A stretch of DNA of 64,000 nucleotides from NCBI GenBank assembly GCA_964590575.1, contig CAZPWM010000001.1:1-64000 (forward strand). Direction: 5' to 3'. Made by a program: the position numbers and the translations under genes. The DNA is from an uncultured archaeon (GTDB taxonomy: Archaea > Asgardarchaeota > Thorarchaeia > Thorarchaeales > Thorarchaeaceae). Of this stretch, positions 20,169-30,142 are shown in pieces. Every line of letters begins with the position of its first letter. Positions within the stretch are counted from its first letter, which is position 1. The notes under the pieces are model-generated. The model ran no database searches and had not been told where the DNA came from. It saw only the letters and a list, made by a program, of their open reading frames with translations.

Positions 20169-21281
20169 TTGGAACCTGTCCTTTGGAGTGTCAAATATAG
20201 GCCTAAAGCTTGGAATGATTTCGTTGGCAAAGAAAATACAATTAATCAATTGAAATCACTCGTGGAATCCAGTATTTTCACAAACATGATTTTCTATGGG
20301 CCCTCTGGAACAGGAAAGACGGCTGCGGCGGAACTCTACTCAAAGGAGATACTTGGCGATAGCTTTGGTGCCAACTTCAAAATTCTGAACATCCGTGATG
20401 TCTGGGATATTCCGGTTAGTAAAGCCAAACGTTCAGTGCAGGACCTGGCAAAACTTGGTCGTGAGCAGAGGTCCGAATTAGATGAGTATATCTCCGTTGT
20501 CTTTCGTGAAGCAAAGACTGAACGAAAAGCTCGAGGTCGTTCAGGAGACCCTACCAGACGTGAATTACTATTAGAAGCAATTCGATTTTTTGCATCAACC
20601 GCAACTGTTGCTGATGAGAAGATCAAAATATTAGTCTTAGACGAAGCAGACGCTATGACTTTGAGTATGCAACAGGCACTTCGAAGAACTATGGAGCTAT
20701 TCAGTGACACCTGTCGATTCATACTCATCACTCCTTCTCTTTCAGGATGGAGTCCGGCAATCATCTCAAGGTCTCTAACCTTACACTTTCAAAATCCTCC
20801 CCCTGAAGTTGTACAAAAACTAATTGCTGAAATTGCTTCAAAAGAAAACGTAATGATAGATGATTCCGCTGTGACAGCAATTGCAAGGGAATCAAGAGGG
20901 GATTTGAGACGCGCAATTAATTTACTTCAAATTGCTGCTGCTGCAAGTGATTCAGTGACTGAAGATATTGTGTACGAATATTCTGAAACTCAACTAACTA
21001 CCAGAGCGCGAGATATCGTTACTCTTGCAATAAACGGTCAATACGAACCCGCAAGAAAAGAAATTCGAAATCTGATAGCTATTGACGATTACTCACCTCA
21101 AGAAGTATGTCTAGAGATCGAACGAGATCTTGTGAAGCGCCCGTTTGCGCCTGAAGTACTTAGCAAGGTTCTTGATAGAGTTGCAGAGATCGACTATCGT
21201 CTCCTACAAGGGAAGAACGCTTTCGTTCATTTGGCTGCATTATTAGCATCGCTCCGAGCAATAGCTGCTGAGGCCGCCTAA
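20169..21281 (+). CDS. Replication factor C small-subunit-like AAA+ ATPase
   Basis: 'WSVKYRPK', 'GPSGTGKT', 'VLDEADAM', 'QQALRRTME', 'GDLRRAINLLQ'. Confidence 0.88.
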   Translation: MEPVLWSVKYRPKAWNDFVGKENTINQLKSLVESSIFTNMIFYGPSGTGKTAAAELYSKEILGDSFGANFKILNIRDVWDIPVSKAKRSVQDLAKLGREQRSELDEYISVVFREAKTERKARGRSGDPTRRELLLEAIRFFASTATVADEKIKILVLDEADAMTLSMQQALRRTMELFSDTCRFILITPSLSGWSPAIISRSLTLHFQNPPPEVVQKLIAEIASKENVMIDDSAVTAIARESRGDLRRAINLLQIAAAASDSVTEDIVYEYSETQLTTRARDIVTLAINGQYEPARKEIRNLIAIDDYSPQEVCLEIERDLVKRPFAPEVLSKVLDRVAEIDYRLLQGKNAFVHLAALLASLRAIAAEAA

Positions 21282-21586
21282 AACATCGGATCAATTTCAC
21301 TACTAATGCTAATCTTGTCATTTAATGCAGAAGCCAGATTAGGAGCGAGATATTGACGATCGAATAGGAACTCTGCCTTGAGTAAGTCTTCAGATCTGGC
21401 TATCATTCCGTTGTCTATCGCCATTGTAAGTAATCTTCTCACTTGACTTGGTTTGCCATATCGACATCTAAAAGAAATGAATTCGACTGCGTCCTCAACT
21501 CGAACCGGATCTCCTTTCTTTCTGAAAAGGTGCGAGAGAATGAGAAGGAGATCTTTCCCGTTCATATTTTGGGTGGCTCCCGACAC
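21278..21586 (-). CDS. Small archaeal protein (DUF2240-like)
   Basis: 'LSHLFRKKG...EFISFRCRYGKPSQVRRLLTMAIDNGMI' resembles DUF2240. Confidence 0.55.
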   Translation of the reverse strand: MSGATQNMNGKDLLLILSHLFRKKGDPVRVEDAVEFISFRCRYGKPSQVRRLLTMAIDNGMIARSEDLLKAEFLFDRQYLAPNLASALNDKISISSEIDPMF

Positions 21587-21620
21587 CCTTTTAGAAGTTG
21601 CTGTGTTAGGGAAGAGAGAG

Positions 21621-22583
21621 ATGACAAAACGACAACTTACGAGGATTCATGGTCATTCTATACAGGAATTAGAACGCATGGTGCATGATGCATGTAATCT
21701 GTTTGATGAGGCGGTGTCGTTAGAGCGTAAAAATCTTGGTGGATGGTCAAATATCAATATCCGTGGTCACGCCTCAGGAATTGACTTTGTCTTGAAGCTA
21801 CCTTGGTCTATTTCTACTCACAAAACTGATTCTTACAAACACCTCTATGACATAAGTATGTATTTCAATAAACTAGATCTTGCTGCTTTTCCACTTTCAA
21901 TGGGTCACCTCTCTGATACTATGAGCACTCCCTATATCCTCTTTGAGTACGTCGACGGTGTTGTTCATGATTCTCTCACTGAATTTACAGCTCAAGAATT
22001 GTTCTCCCTTAAAACCTGTCTTCAACTCCTGACACAACAAAAACCTCCCGGACTCAGTCGATACAAGTCCCCCTCAGACCACCTGACCACAAACTATGCT
22101 CTTGTTGAAAATCATGAGGGCCTTTCGATTGCTTCGCAAGACCTGACTCAACTTATTGACACATTCAATGATTTTTACCCTGAGATTCTATCATTCACTG
22201 ATTCTCTGGGTTCATGGGGTCCATCGATAATGCATGGTGACTTGTGGATTCCTAACATTGTCTTCAAATCTGGACACATTACTCTACTTGATTTTGAAGC
22301 CTGTGCATACGGAAATCCGCTTTTTGATTTAGCCTACCTTCTTGAAACGCCTGTCAGCACCTCTATAGACAAAATTCATGGATTGGTAAGTCTTGAAGAT
22401 GCGGATGAAGTCAATAGCCTTAGACCACTCGTAGTTGCATTTCTAGTTAGCTGGTCTCTGGAACGACTCTTGTCAATGGAGTCTGGTTTAGTAGAACCAA
22501 ATCTAGATACTCTCGAGAACAGGTCTGCTCTTATTGATTACACCCTTTCCAAAATGACTCGGTTAAAGACACTCCTCTCCTAG
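21621..22583 (+). CDS. Aminoglycoside phosphotransferase/choline kinase family protein
   Basis: 'LGGWSNIN', 'FVLK', 'HGDLWIPNI', 'LLDFE', 'GNPLFDLA'; start placed at ATG 21621. Confidence 0.8.
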   Translation: MTKRQLTRIHGHSIQELERMVHDACNLFDEAVSLERKNLGGWSNINIRGHASGIDFVLKLPWSISTHKTDSYKHLYDISMYFNKLDLAAFPLSMGHLSDTMSTPYILFEYVDGVVHDSLTEFTAQELFSLKTCLQLLTQQKPPGLSRYKSPSDHLTTNYALVENHEGLSIASQDLTQLIDTFNDFYPEILSFTDSLGSWGPSIMHGDLWIPNIVFKSGHITLLDFEACAYGNPLFDLAYLLETPVSTSIDKIHGLVSLEDADEVNSLRPLVVAFLVSWSLERLLSMESGLVEPNLDTLENRSALIDYTLSKMTRLKTLLS

Positions 22584-24286
22584 GTGAAGAAACTCTCGGG
22601 AGGTTTCTCCCATATCTTCTCATCTACTGAAGCAATCACATATTGGTATCCTTGCTCAGTGAGGAAAAGTTGACGCTTGGCAGCGAAGTCCATATCGCGC
22701 GTGTCTTTTGTGATAAGTGAGTAGAAACGTGCAAAGCTACCATCAGTTTTAGGTCGAAGAATTCTACCTAACCGCTGAGCTTCCTCCTGACGTGACCCAA
22801 AAGTTCCTGAGACCTGAATAGCCACGTTAGCATCCGGGAGGTCAAGGGCGAAGTTTGCTACCTTGGACACAATCAGCAACTTTTCAGTTCCCTCTCTGAA
22901 AGCTTCATAGAGACGTTGTCTTTCATCATTGTGGGTCTTCCCAGTAATCAGGGGTGCCCCAACCTCATCAGCTATCAATTTCAATTGGTCAAGATACATT
23001 CCGATGACGAGGATGTTATCATCTTGATGATATTCGATGAGCTTCTTGATTATTTCGAGTTTCACTGGGTTCTCTGCTGCAATTCTGTACTTCTTCCTGT
23101 CCTCAGCAACCGCATACATTCTTCTCATATTATCTGGAAGGTCAAGTCTGATCTCATAGCAAATTGCTGTGGCAATCCAGCCTTGATCCTCTAGTTGTTT
23201 CCAAGGCATGTCAAACCGTTTAGGTCCAATTAAGCTGAACACATCTTCCTCTTTCTCATCCTCGCGGACTAGAGTTGCTGTCAATCCTAACCTTCTGGTT
23301 GCTTGGATTGTTGCAGTGACTCGAAATACTGGTGCTGGAAGAAGATGAACCTCATCGTAGATAATGAGTCCCCAGTTTCTCGCTTCGAATATCTTGAAAT
23401 GAGGGAACTTGTCCTCTCGTGACTTCCGCCAAGTGAGGATTTGATACGTAGCAACGGTGACCGGACGAATCTCTTTGCTATCTCCAGTATATTCTCCAAT
23501 ATCCTCCGGTCGTAGTGTTGTTTTATCAAGAAGTTCTGTGATCCATTGTCTGACTGCTACGACATTAGGGCATAGGATGATGGTTGAGGTCTGTAGTTTG
23601 TACATGGCTCCGATGCCCACCATTGTCTTTCCTGCTCCACATGGTAGGACAACGACTCCCGAACCACCTCTTTCTCCACCACCTGCATGAAAAATAGCAA
23701 CAGCATCTTCCTGATAGTGCCTAAGACCCCACGTTTTTCCCTCGAGAGTTTTTTCGCGAATCTCAAAGGGCAGATGTTCTCCCTCTACGTAACCAGCAAT
23801 GTCTTCGACCGGGTGTCCAATCTCTATTAGTGCATGTTTTAGAAAACCTCGTTGTGCAGGGTCAACGCGCATGGTGACCGCATCAGTTCTCTCGATGAGG
23901 TACTCTCTGACCTTTTTATTCGCCCATATCTCCTCTGCGAGGTCCTCATCTTCACATAGGAGAAGAATGTCGGGACCTTCCTTATACAGCGAGATTTGAC
24001 CATATCTGGACATATAATCGACAATCTCTCTGGCAATGTTGCCGGGGATTGGATACTTCGCGAATTTTTCCAGCGCAGCAATCACCTCCTTTGGTGACAT
24101 CCCCATCGCCGCAGCATTCCACAGACTCAGAGGTGTGACTCGGTATGTATGTACATACTCTGGACTTTTGACTAGCTCTGCAAAACGTGCCAAGGAATCA
24201 CGCGCATTCTCATACAAAGGATTGTCTACTTCTAGAAGAACCGATTTATCAGATTGTACTATGAGTGGATTGCTTGGATTTGCCAT
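22580..24286 (-). CDS. xpb: XPB/Rad25-type DNA repair helicase (bacterial-type, with N-terminal helicase-associated domain)
   Basis: 'VVLPCGAGKT', 'DEVH', 'LGLTATLVRED', 'SGTFGSRQEEAQRLGRILRP', N-terminal 'LIVQSDKSVLLEV'. Confidence 0.93.
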   Translation of the reverse strand: MANPSNPLIVQSDKSVLLEVDNPLYENARDSLARFAELVKSPEYVHTYRVTPLSLWNAAAMGMSPKEVIAALEKFAKYPIPGNIAREIVDYMSRYGQISLYKEGPDILLLCEDEDLAEEIWANKKVREYLIERTDAVTMRVDPAQRGFLKHALIEIGHPVEDIAGYVEGEHLPFEIREKTLEGKTWGLRHYQEDAVAIFHAGGGERGGSGVVVLPCGAGKTMVGIGAMYKLQTSTIILCPNVVAVRQWITELLDKTTLRPEDIGEYTGDSKEIRPVTVATYQILTWRKSREDKFPHFKIFEARNWGLIIYDEVHLLPAPVFRVTATIQATRRLGLTATLVREDEKEEDVFSLIGPKRFDMPWKQLEDQGWIATAICYEIRLDLPDNMRRMYAVAEDRKKYRIAAENPVKLEIIKKLIEYHQDDNILVIGMYLDQLKLIADEVGAPLITGKTHNDERQRLYEAFREGTEKLLIVSKVANFALDLPDANVAIQVSGTFGSRQEEAQRLGRILRPKTDGSFARFYSLITKDTRDMDFAAKRQLFLTEQGYQYVIASVDEKIWEKPPESFFT

Positions 24287-24859
24287 ATTTTTTCATCATC
24301 CAGATACACATCGTTGCTTGAGTAAATGTCCTATCTGCACACGGAAAGCGTGAAACGGCGGAATTTTGTGGAGATAAACCCTTCGTTGTGACTTCTCGCT
24401 GTGACCGTAACGCCTATATACTTCTGACTCCGAGCCCGCTGTAATTGGTTAACGGAGGTGCAATGAAAAAATGATTGTAATTAGACTTGATACTGTAGTA
24501 TATACCTGCACCAACGTTGAGAACGCCTAACTGGCTTTCATTGCTTCTTTGTGCTTGTCCATCCATTCTACACATCGTGTATGGATTTTCATTGAAGCAC
24601 GACGTTTGTTGTGGGTCTAGACTTCTCGAGGTTTGATGTGCTATTAACGTAAGATGTGTGTCGCTCAGCCGATGAGAGTGAACCCAAAGTTGTATACTAA
24701 CAATCACAAAGAGAATTTTTCGCTAAACACAAAAAATGCGAACCTAGAATGCAAAAGTTTGGATACACAGAGTCCAAAGAAACGACATGCTCCCCTCTTG
24801 GACAGCATTCCTGGGATAAAGCATGGATGTAGACTCTCCACAAATGAGGTGGCCTAAAG

Positions 24860-25660
24860 ATGTCACCCGTAGTAGTAGAGAAGCTAAATCCTCGGAAACC
24901 CAGTGCGCTCTCTCTGAAGAGAGATGTTCAGAGAGGAAACAAGAGAGGATGGACGGTTGCGATCAATGAGATTAATCTAGACGAAGTCAGGGATGATGCT
25001 GTGAAATTCGGGCTTGCTACCGAAGTTCTCTATCAGATGAATGCTGGCAAGGAAGCATCGATTTACTTAGCGAACTGGAAAGACTTTCCACTCGTACTGA
25101 AAGCCTATAGATTCTGGCAGTCTGCTCAAGCGAAAAGGAGTAAGGGGTTCTTTGCTCCAGGAAGGATGCAGGCAATTGCAGCACAGGAGTACGGCCTATT
25201 ACTGGCTTGTTTCAAAGCAGGAATGAATGTTCCCACTCCTGTTTCTCGCGTCGGCAACTATCTTACAATGAGATACATCGGCGACGATATAGATCCTGCG
25301 CCTCAACTTAGGAATGTCCAACTCGAAGAACCTGAACTTGTGTTGGATGAGATACTCGATGACTACCTAATTATGTACCGTGATGTTCACTACGTCCATG
25401 GAGACCTTAGTGCTTACAATATATTGTGGTGGCAAGGTAGAGCATGGATTATCGATCTCCCTCAAGCGTATCAGGTTGGTCCCTGGGCTGACATGAAGAG
25501 GGTTGTGACTCTCCTACGTCGTGACATTGTGAACCTGCTTCAGTATTTCAAGAAATACGGAATCAGACGAGACCCTGATGAGATCGTCAAAGTATTCCTC
25601 TCAGAATATGTTCCTCACAATCTTAGGAACTACAATGAGACCGTAGCTGGGGGCGCCTGA
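24860..25660 (+). CDS. RIO-family atypical Ser/Thr kinase
   Basis: 'AGKEASIY', 'HGDLSAYNIL', 'IIDLPQA', 'LLRRDIVNL'. Confidence 0.88.
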   Translation: MSPVVVEKLNPRKPSALSLKRDVQRGNKRGWTVAINEINLDEVRDDAVKFGLATEVLYQMNAGKEASIYLANWKDFPLVLKAYRFWQSAQAKRSKGFFAPGRMQAIAAQEYGLLLACFKAGMNVPTPVSRVGNYLTMRYIGDDIDPAPQLRNVQLEEPELVLDEILDDYLIMYRDVHYVHGDLSAYNILWWQGRAWIIDLPQAYQVGPWADMKRVVTLLRRDIVNLLQYFKKYGIRRDPDEIVKVFLSEYVPHNLRNYNETVAGGA

Positions 25661-26497
25661 ATGAGTCGAGTAGACAAGTTCAATCCCCTGGCTAAGGGTA
25701 GTGTTATCGATCAGAAAAGAGATGCTTTGAGGGGTGGTACTAGTGGTAAAGCTGAAATTGGGGAACCAAAGTTTGAGGAGATTCGACGTGAAGCAATCAC
25801 CTATGGACTGGCTACAGATGTACTCTATCCCATAAGTTCTGGAAAAGAAGCCTCAATATTTCTTGCCCTGTGGAAGAATCATCCAATCGTTCTAAAAGCC
25901 TACAGACTCTGGGCCACTCCTCATAAATTGTCTATGACAAAGGGTCACATTAGAGAGTCCAGTGGTAAGAAGACTCGGTGGATACTTGGCTTGATTGAAG
26001 ACATTGCAGTAGCAGAGTTCGATGTACTTCAAAACTGCTTCAATGCAGGTGTAAGAATTCCTACTCCAATCTCGCGGGTGGCTAACTACTTGACCATGAG
26101 GTTCATTGGAGATGTAGAAACCCCTGCTCCCCAACTTAGAGAGGTGCAGCTGGAGGCTCCAGAGCATGTTCTGAACGAAGTCTTCGACCAGTACCTGAAG
26201 ATGTATCGCGATGCTCACTATGTGCATGGAGATCTTAGTGCATACAACATCCTTTGGTGGCAAGACAAGCCCTGGATCATTGATGTTCCGCAGAGTGAAA
26301 CAGTGAACAAATGGTCAGACATGAATAAGGTTGAGTTAATTCTTCGTCGTGACATTCACAATGTTCTCAAATATTTCGAGAGTTATGGAATAGAACGCGA
26401 CCCTGAACATATTCTCAATGTGTTTCTTGATGCATATATTCCTGACAACTTGAGAAACTATAAGGAGCTACGGAATGAAGGTATGGAGCTCTTGTAG
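25661..26497 (+). CDS. RIO-family atypical Ser/Thr kinase (tandem paralogue)
   Basis: 'SGKEASIF', 'HGDLSAYNIL', 'IIDVPQS'; ATG immediately follows the previous TGA. Confidence 0.88.
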   Translation: MSRVDKFNPLAKGSVIDQKRDALRGGTSGKAEIGEPKFEEIRREAITYGLATDVLYPISSGKEASIFLALWKNHPIVLKAYRLWATPHKLSMTKGHIRESSGKKTRWILGLIEDIAVAEFDVLQNCFNAGVRIPTPISRVANYLTMRFIGDVETPAPQLREVQLEAPEHVLNEVFDQYLKMYRDAHYVHGDLSAYNILWWQDKPWIIDVPQSETVNKWSDMNKVELILRRDIHNVLKYFESYGIERDPEHILNVFLDAYIPDNLRNYKELRNEGMELL

Positions 26498-26630
26498 ATA
26501 TCCTCTGCGAGAAATATCTAATCACCACACGTCTAAATGAATTAAATGGAAAATACATAGTGAGCCTCAAGCTCATCGCCGAGGCTCCACATACAACATC
26601 GTTTGGACGGGTATTAGGCACGACTACCTA

Positions 26631-26654
26631 AAAAGACCACTAATGTGGTCTTTT
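26631..26654. terminator. Perfect inverted repeat, possible bidirectional terminator
   Basis: AAAAGACCAC-taat-GTGGTCTTTT between convergent genes. Confidence 0.55.
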
Positions 26655-26663
26655 ATTCCACTT

Positions 26664-27080
26664 TTATGAGACCTTTCTGAGGACCACTCTGGATACTCCA
26701 GGGATCTTCTTCAGGCTATCTTCAAGTTCGTTGAGAGTCACAACCAGTTGATCTGGAATGAAGTAACACTCATAGTAGCAGCGCTCACCACGGAGACAAA
26801 CTCCAGTTGTGAAGATGATGTCGCTCAATTTTGCATCGTTAAATGCAAAGTTCAATTGCTTCAGGAAGTTACGAGAGAGATCACTGATTTCAATCCTGAG
26901 CAAATAAATATCCTCGTTAGCGACTGGGAAGATTTTCACGACGCGGTCTTTGTGGTGCATTACCACTAACCCTGCCTTCTCCCCGATGTCTGCCACAAAC
27001 TCAGCCGGGAACACTACTGGTTCTCCGGGTGTTAAGTGTAGAATAATCGCGCTTGTCGCCCCTTCTTTGTCTATAACCAT
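26664..27080 (-). CDS. Hypothetical protein with ACT-like C-terminal half
   Basis: Alternating beta/alpha pattern ending in 'LKKIPGVSRVVL'; 'GVCLRGERC' motif. Confidence 0.55.
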   Translation of the reverse strand: MVIDKEGATSAIILHLTPGEPVVFPAEFVADIGEKAGLVVMHHKDRVVKIFPVANEDIYLLRIEISDLSRNFLKQLNFAFNDAKLSDIIFTTGVCLRGERCYYECYFIPDQLVVTLNELEDSLKKIPGVSRVVLRKVS

Positions 27081-27313
27081 TAGATTGGTACACGTCCTTC
27101 AGGGTCTGTACTTCAGTTGACTACGTTCTGTCTATATTAAGCTTATCTGTCACTATGCCTTTTTGAGTGTTGGCCATAGATTAGACTACTTTCAAGAAAT
27201 TTTGCTAAAAATATACGATAAATCCAGCTAAACAAAGCAAGCTATTATTTTACCAGAGTCGGAATCTATAATTGGAATCACGTACTGGATGTAGCTGAGG
27301 AGAGAGAGAAGCA

Positions 27314-28027
27314 GTGCATCCCCGTCTACTACAACTTGTAGGAATCATTTTAGTAATTGTTACACTTGCGATGACCTTCATTGTCTACCAAAGCACAATG
27401 ATGATAGAAGGTCAAGAGTTCTTCACGATGATTGCTTCAGGAATGATTGCTTGGGCTATTGTTGCATTACCTGAATTAGTACTTGGCTTATGGCTGATTG
27501 CCAAAGGAACGCGTGAGGCTCGTATTGGAGATGTATCAGGAGACCTCATTCCCCTTGTACAGAAAGAAGGTCGTATCAGTGTGGATGATGCTGCCAGACA
27601 ACTTGCTGTTGAACCACAGGTTGTCGCTGACGCAGCAGAGAAACTAGCTAAGCGTCGACTGCCACTTGTATACCTAGATCGACGAGCTCATGAGATTGTG
27701 AGTCCGAAAGCTGTATCGTTGAAGGAGAGTCTGTTACATCTTCTCTATGCACAGCGACGAATGACTTTTGACCAAATACAAAAAGTAACCGAGTCAACTG
27801 ATGAGCAGATAGTGGATGCCTTGAAGGAGTTGTCAAAACAGGGCAAGTTCAGAGGAGTAATTGATGAGAACTCGAGGGTGGTATACACTCAGGAAGCAGT
27901 ATCTCAACTTCCTAAAGCAGTGACTGTTTGTCCTAACTGTGACGGAAAGTTGGAAGCTCCAATTCTACCAGGTGAGGAAGAATTCTGTCCATATTGTGGA
28001 CATGCTATCGTGAACAGACTGAAGTGA
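27314..28027 (+). CDS. 2-TM protein with winged-helix-like domains and C-terminal Zn ribbon
   Basis: Two N-terminal TMs; 'GRISVDDAARQLAV', 'RMTFDQIQK...LSKQGKFRGVID'; CPNC...CPYC. Confidence 0.7.
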   Translation: MHPRLLQLVGIILVIVTLAMTFIVYQSTMMIEGQEFFTMIASGMIAWAIVALPELVLGLWLIAKGTREARIGDVSGDLIPLVQKEGRISVDDAARQLAVEPQVVADAAEKLAKRRLPLVYLDRRAHEIVSPKAVSLKESLLHLLYAQRRMTFDQIQKVTESTDEQIVDALKELSKQGKFRGVIDENSRVVYTQEAVSQLPKAVTVCPNCDGKLEAPILPGEEEFCPYCGHAIVNRLK

Positions 28028-28031
28028 CCTG

Positions 28032-28850
28032 TTACACTGCACAGGCGTAGGCTAGATTGCCGCCATGATTGACTACCTGAGCATTTCGTCTTCCTGAGTT
28101 CAGTTCAGAGAGGAACTCGCTTATCCCCTCATTGACATCCTGGTATGACAATTCTCTGCCTGCAGTCCGTAATGCTATAGGTGCATAGCTCTCCTTCAGG
28201 ATTGAAGCGTAGTCCCTCCTCAACCCCATCTTGTCACCAAAAATCTCTACACCCTGGACCTTCCCATCAACACTGACGATCATTCCAACCTCATCGTCTG
28301 TCCAGTTGAAGCGACTTATGTATCTCTCAAATTCATGTCCATGGTATGCATAGAGTTCTCCAAGTGCGCTTGTGCCAGAGTGGACTCCCCATGCTGAGAG
28401 AATCTGTTGAACTATGCTCCATACATATTGTTGGTTCCTACCTTCTAGGATTGCCTTTCGCATTGTGATCGGTGTGTTAGTATGTAACCATTCACCCTGT
28501 GAGTGTTCCCATCTTCCTGCTTCGATGCAGAACACATTCAGGTTTCTATATCCTTCAACTACTGTACTCTCAGCAATAATGCGGTCCTGCTTTCCGCCTC
28601 CGAGTACTCCCTCACCACACCTGACCAATGTTGGTTCTTCTGCGAAGAAGCGAAGACTCGGTACATTACCGGTTTCTTCCACATTCATATTGCCCATTTC
28701 CAGAGCAATCTGAGTTGATACAATTCCATTATAGAGCTCAGCGCTTGCATCTACAATACCGGTCACCGCTAAATTCCCTTGGATCTGTGGTGCGGTCAAT
28801 TCAGCATTATCGACTAGCTTCAATACTTGTCTTGTGGCCCCATTACTCAT
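28032..28850 (-). CDS. ARPP-1/DUF6569-like protein
   Basis: 'GEGVLGGGKQDRII', 'VFCIEAGRW', 'QQYVW', 'GMIVSVDGKVQGVEIF'. Confidence 0.65.
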   Translation of the reverse strand: MSNGATRQVLKLVDNAELTAPQIQGNLAVTGIVDASAELYNGIVSTQIALEMGNMNVEETGNVPSLRFFAEEPTLVRCGEGVLGGGKQDRIIAESTVVEGYRNLNVFCIEAGRWEHSQGEWLHTNTPITMRKAILEGRNQQYVWSIVQQILSAWGVHSGTSALGELYAYHGHEFERYISRFNWTDDEVGMIVSVDGKVQGVEIFGDKMGLRRDYASILKESYAPIALRTAGRELSYQDVNEGISEFLSELNSGRRNAQVVNHGGNLAYACAV

Positions 28851-28920
28851 GTTCCACCCTCATTCATTCTTGTGTGGTTAACTCTATAAAAACCGCACAG
28901 AATCTCTCAAAACAAGAATC

Positions 28921-30072
28921 TCATTCAAATCTCTCTCGACGAACTCTCCATCTATTAATGACGGTATCTCCTTTTACAACATGATAGTTGTCGTACAAAT
29001 TTGCAGTAAGGCATGAGTGGTTGGGAAGTATCCTAATCTTATCTCCATGTTCAAAATGAAGAGTAGCATTTTTAGTCATGACGAGTTTTCCGTGCTCCTG
29101 TGATAATGCGTCAATGATTACCCCACTTTCTAAACTCCCTGCATCGTAATCTCTGATTACCTGACCATATCCAGGGTTAGGTATAATATGAGTTGGTCCT
29201 TGGTCTTTTGAAAGAGCGGTTGCTCCTGCATCAATCACAATCCTGTCTTTGTTTTTGCTTATGACACTCGATAGAACGGTAAGAGCGCAATCAGCTACTT
29301 GACAAGAGCCTAGAGCAACCTGTGTATAATCAAAGAATACATAGTTACCCGGTCGTATCTCAGTAATGCCATCCCGAAACGTGTCCGTGAGAAGCGTAGT
29401 GGGTGTTGAACCAATACTTACCACTTCAGGAGCCAGTTGAGCGCTTTCAGCCTTCAGTGTTTCTGCGAATTGAACCATTATTTCTTGCTCTTGTTTCGCA
29501 ATGGTCTTGATCTCTTCAACAGTGGTCCCATTATAGGAATGACCTGCATGAGTCAAGATACCTTTGAAGTGTAGGTTTGGATTCTCATGAATCTTCTTTA
29601 CAAGCGTAACCGCGCTGGGGCTTTTTGGGTCGATACCACATCGAGGGTATCCACAGTCTACCTTGACCAGAACATCTAGTTTCATCCGCGCCTCTCTACA
29701 AAACCTCTCAAGATGGTCGACGATTTTCGGATGATCCACGAGTAAATTTAGGTGCGTCTTTTCCGATATCCGTCGTACTCCTTGAAACTTGTCTAATGCT
29801 AGTGGGACTGCGTATGATATATCCCTAAATCCTGCATCTGCAAATGCATCTGCTTCACCGAGTGTTGAAACTGTTATGCCCACTGCTCCATTTTCTAGTT
29901 GCTTCTTGCCAATCTCAATGCATTTGTGAGTCTTGATGTGTGGACGAAGATTAACTCCATTCTTCTTTGCCTTAGCAGCCATACTCCTGATATTGTACTC
30001 TAGCTTATCATAATCTACGAGGAGAATCGGAGTCTTTAGGTCTGACAGATTCATCTTTGGCATTGCATACAC
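28921..30072 (-). CDS. PLP-dependent D-threonine aldolase/DSD1 family enzyme
   Basis: 'LRPHIKTHK', 'THAGHSY', 'GSTPT', 'EIRPGNYVFFD', 'LSQEHG', 'PNHSCLT'. Confidence 0.9.
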   Translation of the reverse strand: MYAMPKMNLSDLKTPILLVDYDKLEYNIRSMAAKAKKNGVNLRPHIKTHKCIEIGKKQLENGAVGITVSTLGEADAFADAGFRDISYAVPLALDKFQGVRRISEKTHLNLLVDHPKIVDHLERFCREARMKLDVLVKVDCGYPRCGIDPKSPSAVTLVKKIHENPNLHFKGILTHAGHSYNGTTVEEIKTIAKQEQEIMVQFAETLKAESAQLAPEVVSIGSTPTTLLTDTFRDGITEIRPGNYVFFDYTQVALGSCQVADCALTVLSSVISKNKDRIVIDAGATALSKDQGPTHIIPNPGYGQVIRDYDAGSLESGVIIDALSQEHGKLVMTKNATLHFEHGDKIRILPNHSCLTANLYDNYHVVKGDTVINRWRVRRERFE

Positions 30073-30142
30073 TCGTTCTCTTGGTTGGACATACTACCTC
30101 AAATACTCTCGTGCGGGGCGAGCGGAATCGTTTAGTACAACA

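Noticed and set aside
24290-24859. ncRNA or short ORFs in the xpb-RIO intergenic region
   Set aside because: No tRNA cloverleaf or convincing structure; the short ORFs lack recognisable features.
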